From assembly GCA_963707915.1 (NCBI GenBank), contig OY970178.1, positions 2,848,001 to 2,912,000 of the forward strand: a DNA stretch of 64,000 nucleotides. Direction: 5' to 3'. This document shows, piece by piece, positions 25,678 through 34,875 of this stretch (the stretch's first letter is position 1; every line of letters starts with the position of its first letter). Position numbers and translations under genes: made by a program. Below the pieces are notes generated by a model. That model did no database searches, was not told the DNA's origin, and saw nothing but the letters and a program-made list of their open reading frames with translations. The DNA comes from Candidatus Eiseniibacteriota bacterium. Lineage in GTDB: Bacteria > Eisenbacteria > RBG-16-71-46.

Positions 25678-27207
25678 TCAGTCCCGCGGTGACGCGGGCA
25701 AGTCCAAGCCGTAGAGCGCCCCGTACTTGCCCGCGAGGTAGGCCAGGTAGGGCTCGATGCTCATCGGCGCGCCGGTCGCGCGCAGCACCAGCTCGTCGGC
25801 GGTGAACCCGGCGCCGTGCTGGTAGACGTTCTCCCGCAGCCAGGCGTGCAGCGTGCCGAACTCGCCGCGCGCGATCTCGCCGGCGATCCCGGGGTGCGCG
25901 CGGGTCGCGGCCGCGAAGAACTGGGCGCTCAGGATGTTCCCGACCGTGTAGCCCTGGAACTGCCCGCCGACCAGCCCCGCGTACCAGTGCACGTCCTGCA
26001 GCGCCCCGTCCCGGTCGTCGGGCGGCGACAGGCCGAGGTCGGCCTTCATGCGCGCGTGCCAGGCTCCGGGCAGGTCCTTCACCTCGAGCCGGCCCTCGAG
26101 CAGGTCCAGCTCGAGGTCGAAGCGCAGCATGACGTGCAGGTTGTAGGTGACCTCGTCCGCGTCGGTGCGGATCAGCGAGCGGGCGACCTTGTTGATCGCG
26201 CGATGGAACGTGTCGAGCGGCACGGCGGCGAGCTGCGCCGGGAAGGCGCCCTGCAGGCGCGGGTAGAAGTGCTCCCAGAACCCGCGGCTGCGCCCGACCA
26301 GGTTCTCCCACAGGCGCGACTGGCTCTCGTGCACGCCCGCCGAGGCGCCCGCGGCCAGCGGCAGGCCCTCGTACTCGCGCCGGATGCCCTGCTCGTAGAG
26401 CGCGTGCCCGCACTCGTGCAGGGTGCTGAACAGCGCGTCGGCCAGGTCGTCTTCGCGCACCCGCGTGGTGATGCGCACGTCGCCGAGCGAGAACTTGGTC
26501 ATGAACGGGTGGTGCGTCTTGTCCTGGCGGCCGCGCTCGAAGTCGTAGCCGTAGCGCCGGATCACCTCGAGGCCGAACGCCAGCTGGTCGGCCTCGGGCG
26601 CGTGCTGCCTGAGGCACGAGTCGTCGGCCGGCGGCCGCGCCAGGATGGCGCGCACCAGCGGCACCAGGCGGGCGCGCAGCCCGGTGAACAGCGTGCGCAC
26701 GGCGGCGGCCTTCAGCCCGTGGTCCGACTCGTCGATGAGCGGGTCGGCGATCGAGGCGTAGCCGGGGAAGAAGCCCGCCAGCCGGCGCGAGAGGTCGAGC
26801 GTCCGCTCGAGCAGGGGACGCATGCGCGCGAAGTCGTTCGCCGGCCGCGCCTCGGTCCACGCCTGGTAGGACTGCGCTGCATGCGCGCTCAGCTCCGCGA
26901 CGAACGCGGATGGCACGCGGATCGCCCGGTCGTACTCGCGGCGCGTCACGCGCAGCAGCGCGGCCTCGTCCGACTCGTACGGCAGGCCGCGGGTCTCCTG
27001 CTCCAGCCCGTCGAGCAGCCGGCCCAGCGCCGCGTCGGTGAACTTCTCGTGGGCGATCCGGCCCAGCGTGGCCATCTGCCGCCCGCGCGCCTCCCCGCCG
27101 CCGGGCGGCATGTAGGTCGCCTGGTCCCAGCCCAGCACCGCGGCGGCCGAGGCGAGGTCGTTCACCTCGAGCAGACGGGCCTTCAGCTCGTCGAGCTTCG
27201 CGCTCAC
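25678..27207 (-). CDS. Carboxypeptidase M32 (Taq-type)
   Basis: HPF, DVRITTR, HECGHALYEQ, HESQS, IRTDADE and QDVHW motifs. Confidence 0.95.
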   Translation of the reverse strand: MSAKLDELKARLLEVNDLASAAAVLGWDQATYMPPGGGEARGRQMATLGRIAHEKFTDAALGRLLDGLEQETRGLPYESDEAALLRVTRREYDRAIRVPSAFVAELSAHAAQSYQAWTEARPANDFARMRPLLERTLDLSRRLAGFFPGYASIADPLIDESDHGLKAAAVRTLFTGLRARLVPLVRAILARPPADDSCLRQHAPEADQLAFGLEVIRRYGYDFERGRQDKTHHPFMTKFSLGDVRITTRVREDDLADALFSTLHECGHALYEQGIRREYEGLPLAAGASAGVHESQSRLWENLVGRSRGFWEHFYPRLQGAFPAQLAAVPLDTFHRAINKVARSLIRTDADEVTYNLHVMLRFDLELDLLEGRLEVKDLPGAWHARMKADLGLSPPDDRDGALQDVHWYAGLVGGQFQGYTVGNILSAQFFAAATRAHPGIAGEIARGEFGTLHAWLRENVYQHGAGFTADELVLRATGAPMSIEPYLAYLAGKYGALYGLDLPASPRD

Positions 27208-27251
27208 CGCCGGCCCGCCGCTCCCTCGGCCACGCCCGGGTTCGCCATGGC

Positions 27252-27920
27252 CTACTTCCTCCGGCCCACCGGCATGAGGGCGAGCACCTGCCAGCCGGCG
27301 GGCACGGCCAGCACGGCGCGCACGGCGGGCTCGCTGAAGCCGCCGACCATCACCGTGCCCAGTCCGAGCGCGGTGCACTGGAGGTAGACGTCCTGCACCA
27401 CGAAGCCCGCCTCCATGCCCAGCCAGCGCTCGGCGTTGCCGCGGAACTTCTGCGCCGCGAGCGCGCTGTCCCCGATCACCACGACCGCCGCGGCGGCGCG
27501 CTGGAACATCTCCTGTCCGCGCGCGGCCGACGGGAGCGAGTCGCGCCGCGCGCCGGGGATCGGCACCAGCGCATGACCCTTCGGCTCGTAGCGGAAGACG
27601 CCGGTTCCCAGGCCCTGCACGTCGTTCGCGACCAGCCAGACCTGCAGCGGGTAGACCGCGCGGGCGGACGGCGTGGCGCGCTTGCCGTCGGGCCCGGTGA
27701 TGCCCTGCGCCGCCCACAGGAGCTGCGAGACCTCGGCCAGCGTCAGCGCGCCGGGCGCGTACTCGCGCACCGAGCGGCGCTGGACGATGGCCCGCTCGAG
27801 CGTGACCTTGCCGGTCACGTCGGGCCCGGGCAGGGCGACGGCCGGCGGCTCCACGGCCTGGACGAGGGCCCCGGTGAGCAGGGCGGCGGCGGCGAGCGAG
27901 AGGACGATGCGGCGCTTCAT
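27252..27920 (-). CDS. SagB/ThcOx-like nitroreductase-family protein with signal peptide
   Basis: RRSVREY, LLWAAQG, PSARAVYP, EAGFVVQD and LGLGTVMVGGF motifs; N-terminal MKRR-hydrophobic-VQA. Confidence 0.85.
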   Translation of the reverse strand: MKRRIVLSLAAAALLTGALVQAVEPPAVALPGPDVTGKVTLERAIVQRRSVREYAPGALTLAEVSQLLWAAQGITGPDGKRATPSARAVYPLQVWLVANDVQGLGTGVFRYEPKGHALVPIPGARRDSLPSAARGQEMFQRAAAAVVVIGDSALAAQKFRGNAERWLGMEAGFVVQDVYLQCTALGLGTVMVGGFSEPAVRAVLAVPAGWQVLALMPVGRRK

Positions 27921-27938
27921 GTGCGGCCTCCGTGAGGG

Positions 27939-28538
27939 TCAGCGATCCCGCTGGTAGGTGCCGACCAGCTCGGCTTCCGCCAGCACGTGCCCGACCATGG
28001 CCTGCTCCAGCGCGGCCCGGGTCGGATGGTGCAGGTCGGGCAACACGATATCGATTGCGTAGAGCTTGTGGAAGTAGCGGTGTCGCCCGACCGGCGGGCA
28101 GGGTCCGCGCCAGCCCGGTTGCCGCCAGTCGTTGAGCCCCTCGCGCGCGCCTGGCGGCAGCGTCTTCGCGGTCGTTCCGGCGGCGAGCGAGGTGGTGGAG
28201 GCGGGCAGGTCGTAGAGCACCCAGTGGACCCAGACCACCCTCGGCGCGGCCGGGTCGGGCGCGTCCGGGTCGTCCACGACGAGGGCGAAGCTCTTCGTGC
28301 CGGCGGGAGCGCCGCTCCACGCCAGCGGCGGGGAGAGGTCCTCGCCGTCGCAGGTGTGGCGCTTCGGGATCCCGCCCATCGGCCCGAACGCGGGGGAGAC
28401 AAGGGACAGCGACACGGTGGCCTCCTTCCTGGCGGGCACGCTCCGGGGAGCGGTGCCGGGCACGGCCTTCGCGGCGGGTTCGCAGCCTGCGGCGCTCGCG
28501 AGGCAGACGAGTGCGACGACGTGCAGGAGGGTCCTCAT
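27939..28538 (-). CDS. YbhB/YbcL (PEBP/RKIP-like) protein, possible lipoprotein
   Basis: TCDGEDLSPPLAW, DPDAP, WVHW and GPCPPVGRHRY motifs; LASAAG-C lipobox-like N-terminus. Confidence 0.88.
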   Translation of the reverse strand: MRTLLHVVALVCLASAAGCEPAAKAVPGTAPRSVPARKEATVSLSLVSPAFGPMGGIPKRHTCDGEDLSPPLAWSGAPAGTKSFALVVDDPDAPDPAAPRVVWVHWVLYDLPASTTSLAAGTTAKTLPPGAREGLNDWRQPGWRGPCPPVGRHRYFHKLYAIDIVLPDLHHPTRAALEQAMVGHVLAEAELVGTYQRDR

Positions 28539-29602
28539 CGAGCCTCCGGCCGGGGTGGATGCTGCCAGTGGCCCGGCACCGCCAGCCCGCAACCGGGGCA
28601 GCGGCCGTCCACCAGGTGGTTCTCCAGCACCGCGTGCCAGGAGCGGCGGATGAGGACCCGCGCGCAAACCGGGCACGAGGTGTGGGCGCCGTCGCCGAGC
28701 ACGTTGCCCTCGTAGACGTAGCGCAGTCCCGCCTCGCGGGCGATGCGGCGGGCCGCGCGCAGGGTGGCCGGGGGCGTGGGCGGCAGGCCGCGCAGCCGGA
28801 AGTCGGGGTGGAAGGCGGTGAAGTGCACGGGCACGTCGGGGCCGAGGTGATCGAGCACCCAGTCGGCCAGCCGTCGCACCTCGCCCGGGCCGTCGTTCAG
28901 CGTGGGGATGACCAGGTTGGTGATCTCGAGCCACACGCCGGTCTCGTCCCGCAGCCGCCGCAGCGTGTCGAGCACGGGCGCGAGCCGCGCCAGGGCGTAG
29001 CGGCGGTAGAAACCGTCGTCGAGCGCCTTGAGGTCCACGTTGGCGGCGGTGACGGGATCGTAGAGATCGTGGAACGCCTCGGGGGTGACGTAGCCGTTGG
29101 TGACCATCACGGTCGCGATGCCGCGCTCCCGCGCCGCCGCGCACACGTCGAGCACGTACTCGGCCCAGATGGTGGGCTCGTTGTAGGTGAAGGCGATCGA
29201 GGGGCAGCCGCGCTCGACGGCGAGGTCGGCCACGTCCGCGGGCGCGAGGAGCGGCCCCGCGACCGGTTCGGGGCGCGCGTGGGAGAGGTCCCAGTTCTGG
29301 CAGAAGGAACAGGCCAGGTCGCAGCCCGTGGTCCCGAGCGAGAGCACGTTGGTGCCCGGCAGGAAGTGGAAGAGCGGCTTCTTCTCGATGGGATCCGCCT
29401 GCACGGTGGCGGGCGCGCCGTAGCCCAGGCTGACGAGCCGCCCGCCGCGGTTCGCGCGCAGCGTGCAGAAGCCGGCCTGTCCCTCGCGCAGGCGGCAGTG
29501 CCGCGGGCACAGGAAGCAGTGCGCGCGCCCGTCCGGCGCGGTCTCCCACCAGCGCGCCGGGTGCGAAGCGCCGGGTCCGGCGATGGATTCGAGGTTCGAC
29601 AC
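28535..29602 (-). CDS. amrS: AmmeMemoRadiSam-type radical SAM enzyme (PFL-activase-like)
   Basis: CFLCPRHC, DPIEKKPLFHFLPG, CDLACSFCQN (CxxxCxxC), TYNEPTIWAEY and YVYEGN motifs. Confidence 0.9.
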   Translation of the reverse strand: MSNLESIAGPGASHPARWWETAPDGRAHCFLCPRHCRLREGQAGFCTLRANRGGRLVSLGYGAPATVQADPIEKKPLFHFLPGTNVLSLGTTGCDLACSFCQNWDLSHARPEPVAGPLLAPADVADLAVERGCPSIAFTYNEPTIWAEYVLDVCAAARERGIATVMVTNGYVTPEAFHDLYDPVTAANVDLKALDDGFYRRYALARLAPVLDTLRRLRDETGVWLEITNLVIPTLNDGPGEVRRLADWVLDHLGPDVPVHFTAFHPDFRLRGLPPTPPATLRAARRIAREAGLRYVYEGNVLGDGAHTSCPVCARVLIRRSWHAVLENHLVDGRCPGCGLAVPGHWQHPPRPEAR

Positions 29603-29702
29603 CGACGACCTCCCGGCCGGATTCTACGCCGCTCGCAGGCGGAAAGCGCAACGCCCGGCGCGGGTGCCGCGCCGGGCGCTGCGACGTTCCCCGGATCCGG
29701 GG

Positions 29703-30386
29703 CTACTTCACCTCGACCGTGACCTTGCTCATGCTCAGCGGCTCGCTGGTGCGGCCGCTCTGCGAGCCCGCCGCCTCGAGCTTCTTCACCACGTCCATCC
29801 CCTCGACCACTTCGCCGAAGATGGTGTGCTTGCCGTCGAGCCACGGCGTGGGGACGAAGGTCAGGAAGAACTGGCTGCCGTCGGTCCCGGGGCCCGCGTT
29901 GGCCATCGAGAGCAGGCCGCCCTTGGTGTGCTTCACGCTCGGGCTGAACTCCCCGTTGAAGCCGTAGCCCGGGCCGCCCGTGCCGGTGCCGAGCGGGCAT
30001 CCGCCCTGCGCCATGAACCCGCTGATGACGCGGTGGAAGGAGAGGCCGTCGTAGAAGCCCAGCTTCGTCAGGTAGAGGAAGTTCGTCACGTGCATCGGCG
30101 CCACGTCGGGCAGGAACTTGATCAGGACGGTGCCCTTGTTGGTGACCATGCGCGCGAAGTAGGTGTGGGCCTTGTCGAAGGCGACCACCGGCGGCTTGGG
30201 CAGCGAGGTCTTCCAGCCCGCGACCTTCTTGTCGATCTTCGAGGCGGCGATGAACTGGTCGATCTGCAGCATCGCGGAGTCCTTGATCTGGGCCGGGGCG
30301 GCCGCGGTCTTCTTGGGCGCATCGGCGGCGATCGCCATGCCCGCGCACACCGCCAGGGCGGTGAGGGACAACAACAGGCGCTTCAT
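29703..30386 (-). CDS. Exported cyclophilin-type peptidyl-prolyl isomerase
   Basis: Signal peptide; [28 protein letters not shown] and [10 protein letters not shown] motifs. Confidence 0.93.
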   Translation of the reverse strand: MKRLLLSLTALAVCAGMAIAADAPKKTAAAPAQIKDSAMLQIDQFIAASKIDKKVAGWKTSLPKPPVVAFDKAHTYFARMVTNKGTVLIKFLPDVAPMHVTNFLYLTKLGFYDGLSFHRVISGFMAQGGCPLGTGTGGPGYGFNGEFSPSVKHTKGGLLSMANAGPGTDGSQFFLTFVPTPWLDGKHTIFGEVVEGMDVVKKLEAAGSQSGRTSEPLSMSKVTVEVK

Positions 30387-30651
30387 GTTCTGTTCTCCTC
30401 CATGGGTCCAGGTGGGTCCGGTCACGGGAGCGCGGAGACCCTACCATCCCGTCCACCCGGGAGCGAAACGTCCGGGCCGCCGACGTCAACATCGCGTCAA
30501 GCCGCGTCCGGCGCGGGGCGCGCGTCCTCGCCGGCACGCCGGCCGCGGAGTCGCGCTATCCTGCGCCGGACCCGCGGGACGGTGGTCCCGCGTCACGTCG
30601 TCCCTCCCCGTGAAGGGCGCCGGGCCTCCGGCGATCAGGAAGGAGACGGGA

Positions 30652-31341
30652 ATGAACAGACTCGGAGCGGAGTTCCTCGGCACGTTCTGGCTGGTGCTGG
30701 GAGGCTGCGGCAGCGCCGTGCTGGCGGCGGCGTTCCCCGGCGTGGGGATCGGCCTGCTGGGCGTGGCGCTGGCGTTCGGCCTGACCGTGCTGACCATGGC
30801 CTTCGCCTTCGGCCGCATCTCCGGCTGCCACCTGAACCCGGCGGTCTCGATCGGGCTCTGGGCGGGCGGGCGCTTCCCGGCGAAGGACCTGGTCCCCTAC
30901 ATCGTCGTGCAGGTCCTCGGCGGCCTGGCGGCGGGGGCGGTGCTGTTCGTCATCGCCAGCGGCAAGGCCGGGTTCGACGTGACCGCCGGCTTCGCCGCGA
31001 ACGGCTACGGCGAGCACTCGCCGGGCGGCTACTCGCTGCTCGCCGGGCTGGTCACCGAGGTGGTGATGACGCTCATGTTCCTGGTCGTCATCCTCGGGGC
31101 GACGGACCCGCGCGCGCCGCAGGGCTTCGCGCCGATCGCCATCGGCCTCGCGCTGACCCTCATCCACCTGGTCAGCATCCCGGTCACCAACACCTCGGTG
31201 AACCCCGCGCGCAGCACCGGCGTCGCGCTGTTCGTGGGGGGCTGGGCGGTCTCGCAACTCTGGCTCTTCTGGGTCGCCCCGATCGCCGGCGGCCTGCTGG
31301 GCGGGGTGGTGTACCGGCTGGTCGGCGGCAAGGACCGGTAG
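30652..31341 (+). CDS. aqpZ: Aquaporin Z
   Basis: [15 protein letters not shown], two NPA motifs (HLNPAVS, VNPARS), [11 protein letters not shown] loop. Confidence 0.95.
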   Translation: MNRLGAEFLGTFWLVLGGCGSAVLAAAFPGVGIGLLGVALAFGLTVLTMAFAFGRISGCHLNPAVSIGLWAGGRFPAKDLVPYIVVQVLGGLAAGAVLFVIASGKAGFDVTAGFAANGYGEHSPGGYSLLAGLVTEVVMTLMFLVVILGATDPRAPQGFAPIAIGLALTLIHLVSIPVTNTSVNPARSTGVALFVGGWAVSQLWLFWVAPIAGGLLGGVVYRLVGGKDR

Positions 31342-31400
31342 CGCGGGGCGGGCGGTCCGGTTCCCGCGGGCCGCCCGCCTGCCGCGATGGGGAGGAAGCC

Positions 31401-31841
31401 ATGGATCCATCGGTCGAACGATTCATCGCGGCCCGGCGCCTCGCGCTGGTCGGTGCCTCGCGCCGCAAGCGCGGCTTCGGCAACCTCGCCCGCGCGGAGC
31501 TCGCGGCGCGCGGCTACGAGGTCGTCCTCGTGCACCCCGAGGCGAAGGAGATCGACGGTGAACCGTGCCGGCCGAGCCTGGCCGCGGTGCGCGACCAGGT
31601 GGACGGCGTGCTGGTCGCCGTGCCGTCCCGCGCGGCGCCCGCGGTGCTGCGCGATGCGGCCGCGGCCGGGTTGAAGCGGGTGTGGCTGCAGCAGGGGGCC
31701 GAGTCGCCCGAGGCCCTCGCGCTCGCCGGCGAGCTGGGGCTGGACCTGGTCGCGAAGCGCTGCGTGCTGATGTACGCGCCACCGGTGAAGGGGATCCACG
31801 GCTTCCACCGCGCCATCGCGGGGTTCTTCGGAAAGCTCTGA
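31401..31841 (+). CDS. CoA-binding protein (YccU-like)
   Basis: ALVGASR, VHP and VWLQQGAES...CVLM motifs; GAGGAAG RBS. Confidence 0.85.
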   Translation: MDPSVERFIAARRLALVGASRRKRGFGNLARAELAARGYEVVLVHPEAKEIDGEPCRPSLAAVRDQVDGVLVAVPSRAAPAVLRDAAAAGLKRVWLQQGAESPEALALAGELGLDLVAKRCVLMYAPPVKGIHGFHRAIAGFFGKL

Positions 31842-31877
31842 GGCGGGCCGGCGGGATCCGCGTGCGCGGCGGGCCCG

Positions 31878-33137
31878 TCAGCCGGCGACGCGCGGTGTCA
31901 GCCCGAACCGTTCCGCCGCCCGTTCCGCGATCGTCCGCCCGATGGTGATCGAGGCGGTCGCCGCGGGCGAGGGGGCGTTCAGCACGTGGACCATGCGGTC
32001 CGCCTCGACGACCAGGAAGTCGTCGCACAGCCGGCCGTCCGGGGCGAGCGCCTGCGCCCGCACCCCGGCGCCCGCGCGGCGCACGTCGGCGCGGACGATC
32101 TCCGGGACCAGGCGCCGCAGCGCCGCGACGAACGCCCGGGTGCGGGTCGAGCGCCACGATTCGTGGAGCCCCATGCGCCAGTGGCGCAGTCCCATGCGCC
32201 AGAACCCCGGGTACGCGAGCAGTTCGGCGGTGTCGCGCAGCGAGATGTCCGCCCGGCCGTAGGCCTCGCGCCCGAGCGCCAGCACCGCGTTGGGCCCGGC
32301 CTCGACCCCGCCGTGCACCATGCGGGTGAAGTGGACGCCGAGGAAGGGGAAGGCGGGGTCGGGCACCGGGTAGAGGAGGTTGCGCACGAGCGTGCGCCGC
32401 TCCGGCACGAGGTCGTAGTACTCGCCGCGGAAGGGGACGATGCACACCCCGGGCTCGACCCCGCACCGGCGCGCCACGCGGTCGGAGTGGAGCCCCGCGC
32501 AGTTGACCAGCGCACCGCAGCGAAGCGCGCCTCGCGGGGTCTCGAGCACCAGGCCGGCCGCCGCGCCGCCGGGTGAAGCGTCGCGCCGGCAGGCGGTGAC
32601 GCGCGCGCCGGTGACGACGGCGCCGCCCGCGGCGCGCACCCGGCCGGCGTAGGCCTCGCTGACGGCGGTGTAGTCCACGATGCCGGTGTCGGGCACGAAC
32701 AGGCCGGCGACGCCGCGGGCGTGCGGCTCGCGCTCGCGGATCTCCGCGGGGCCGAGCCGGCGCAGGCCCAGGAGGCCGTTGGCCCGGCCGCGGCGCTCCA
32801 GTTCGTCGAGGCGCGGCTGCTCGCGCTCGTCCACCGCGACGACCACCTTGCCGCAGCGCTCGTGGGCGATGCCGTGTTCCGCGCAGAAGCGGTAGAGCGC
32901 CTCGCGGCCCGCGACGCAGTTCTGCGCCTTGAGCGAGCCGGGGCGGTAGTAGAGGCCCGAGTGGATGACGCCGCTGTTGTGCCCGGTCTGGTGCGCGGCG
33001 AGGCGGTCCTCGGCCTCGAGCACCACGACCGTCGCGCGGGTGCGCGCGGTGAGCGCCATCGCGGTGGCCAGGCCGACGATGCCGCCGCCGATCACGGCCA
33101 CGTCGCAGCGGGCGGGCAGGGCGGCGGGCGGCTCCAT
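31878..33137 (-). CDS. lhgO: L-2-hydroxyglutarate oxidase
   Basis: GGGIVG, HQTGHNSGVIHSG, FRGEYY, PFLGVHFT, GVRAQA and NAPSPAAT motifs. Confidence 0.92.
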   Translation of the reverse strand: MEPPAALPARCDVAVIGGGIVGLATAMALTARTRATVVVLEAEDRLAAHQTGHNSGVIHSGLYYRPGSLKAQNCVAGREALYRFCAEHGIAHERCGKVVVAVDEREQPRLDELERRGRANGLLGLRRLGPAEIREREPHARGVAGLFVPDTGIVDYTAVSEAYAGRVRAAGGAVVTGARVTACRRDASPGGAAAGLVLETPRGALRCGALVNCAGLHSDRVARRCGVEPGVCIVPFRGEYYDLVPERRTLVRNLLYPVPDPAFPFLGVHFTRMVHGGVEAGPNAVLALGREAYGRADISLRDTAELLAYPGFWRMGLRHWRMGLHESWRSTRTRAFVAALRRLVPEIVRADVRRAGAGVRAQALAPDGRLCDDFLVVEADRMVHVLNAPSPAATASITIGRTIAERAAERFGLTPRVAG

Positions 33138-33269
33138 GCCGCGGAGAATCCGCCGAACCGGACGCGGAGGCAAGGGGGGCGCGGTGGCGCCGCTCGGCTC
33201 GCGTGTTCACGCGCGACGCGCTAGGCTCCGTGCCGGAGCGGCGCCCGGCCCGGCGCGCGCGGAGGAGCC

Positions 33270-33926
33270 ATGAAGGACAAGCTGCACGTCTTCGAGGGTC
33301 CTGCGATCACCGTGACCTGGAGCAAGCGGCGCTGCATCCACGTCGCCGAGTGCGTGCGTGGCCAGCCGTACGTGTTCGAGCCCGGGCGCGTCCCGTGGGT
33401 GGACCCGACGCAGGCCTCGGCCGACCGCGTTGCCGAGGTCGTGCGCCGCTGCCCCACCGGGGCGCTCCACTTCGAGCGCCACGACGGCGGCGCGCCCGAG
33501 CCGGTGCCCGGCGCCAACGTCGTGGTGCCCGATCCCGACGGCCCGCTCTACCTGACCGGGGACATCGAGGTGGTGGCGGAGGACGGTGCGCCGGTCGTCC
33601 GCGACACGCGCGTCGCGCTGTGCCGCTGCGGCGCCACGAAGAACCGGCCGTTCTGCGACGGCAGCCACTGGGACGAGGGCTTCGACGACGCGGGCCGCCT
33701 GGCGGCGGGGGGCACGGCCGCCGCGGGCGAGGCCGGTCCGGGGCCGCTCCGCGTCGCCTTCGGCGCGGGCGGCCCGCTCTACCTCGAGGGCCGCTTCACG
33801 CTGGCGAGCGGGCGCGGCGAGGAGCGCCGCGAGCTGGCCGGGGCCGAGTTGTGCCGCTGCGGAGCCGCGCGCACCAAGCCGTTCTGCGACGGCAGCCACA
33901 CCGGGACGGACCTGCGGCAGGGGTGA
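33270..33926 (+). CDS. Divergent 4Fe-4S (Fer4_19) plus two CDGSH Fe-S domains
   Basis: CIHVAECV...CPTGAL, then two CRCG..K.KPFCDGSH-type motifs. Confidence 0.9.
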   Translation: MKDKLHVFEGPAITVTWSKRRCIHVAECVRGQPYVFEPGRVPWVDPTQASADRVAEVVRRCPTGALHFERHDGGAPEPVPGANVVVPDPDGPLYLTGDIEVVAEDGAPVVRDTRVALCRCGATKNRPFCDGSHWDEGFDDAGRLAAGGTAAAGEAGPGPLRVAFGAGGPLYLEGRFTLASGRGEERRELAGAELCRCGAARTKPFCDGSHTGTDLRQG

Positions 33927-34079
33927 GGGCGGTGGCTGCCCGTCGCCGCGACGGGCAGCCCACGCGACTCCCTCGCGGCCGGCCCGGACCCCCTGCAGCC
34001 GTCGAACTTCCAGCGCCACCGGCTTGCGGCTCGTGAATCACCCGGGCTAGTGTGTCGTGCCAGGCCCGGAGGAGATCCC

Positions 34080-34805
34080 ATGAACGAGAATTCCGTCGTC
34101 CGCTCCGTGCTGGTCGCCGCCGCCATCATCCTGGCCGGCTGGCTGATGGCCCGCGGGCTGGTGCAGTTCCGCGTCGGCGACCGCACCGTCAGCGTCAAGG
34201 GTGTCGCCGAGCGCACGGTCAAGGCGGATGTCGCCCTCTGGCCGCTTCGCCTGGTCGTCGCCGACAACGACCTGGGACTGGCGCAGCGCCGCGTCCAGGC
34301 CGACCGGCGCACCGTCATGCAGTTCCTGTCGCGCTACGGCATCGACTCCGCCCACGTCGAGCTGCAGGGTCTCTCGGCCACCGACACGCGGGCCAACCCC
34401 TACGGCCCCGAGCGCCCCGCGGCGACCCGGTACGTCGTCAACCTGACGCTCATGGTGCGCACCGGCGACGTCGACCGGCTCTCCACCGCCGCGCAGGGGG
34501 TCAGCGAGTTGCTGGCGGCGGGCGTGGTGTTCTCGAGCGGCGAATACGGCGCGAGCGGTCCCATCTACCTGTTCACGCGGCTCAACGACCTCAAGCCCGA
34601 GATGCTCGCCGAGGCCAATGCCAACGCCATGAAGGCCGCCGAGGAGTTCGCCCGTTCGTCCCGCGCGCGGGTGGGCGAGATCCGCCGGGCCAGCCAGGGC
34701 GTGTTCGAGATCCTCGCGCGGGACCCGGCCCCCGGCATTCAGCAGGAGAGCCAGGTCCAGAAGACGCTGCGCGTGGTGACCACCGTGGAGTACGGCCTGC
34801 GCTGA
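34080..34805 (+). CDS. SIMPL (DUF541) domain protein
   Basis: VSVKGVAER.VKAD..W, LNDLKPEML.EA, ASQGVF.I and KTLRVVTTVEY motifs. Confidence 0.85.
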   Translation: MNENSVVRSVLVAAAIILAGWLMARGLVQFRVGDRTVSVKGVAERTVKADVALWPLRLVVADNDLGLAQRRVQADRRTVMQFLSRYGIDSAHVELQGLSATDTRANPYGPERPAATRYVVNLTLMVRTGDVDRLSTAAQGVSELLAAGVVFSSGEYGASGPIYLFTRLNDLKPEMLAEANANAMKAAEEFARSSRARVGEIRRASQGVFEILARDPAPGIQQESQVQKTLRVVTTVEYGLR

Positions 34806-34875
34806 CCGGGCGGGCGGCGGGGCGGGGCCGCCCGCAGGCGCTCCCCGGGAGCGCGCGCGGGCGCCCGGGCCGCCT

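Noticed and set aside
27252..29602. RiPP cluster (SagB-like dehydrogenase plus radical SAM plus peptidase)
   Set aside because: No YcaO, precursor peptide, RRE or SPASM domain; the radical SAM is AmrS-type.
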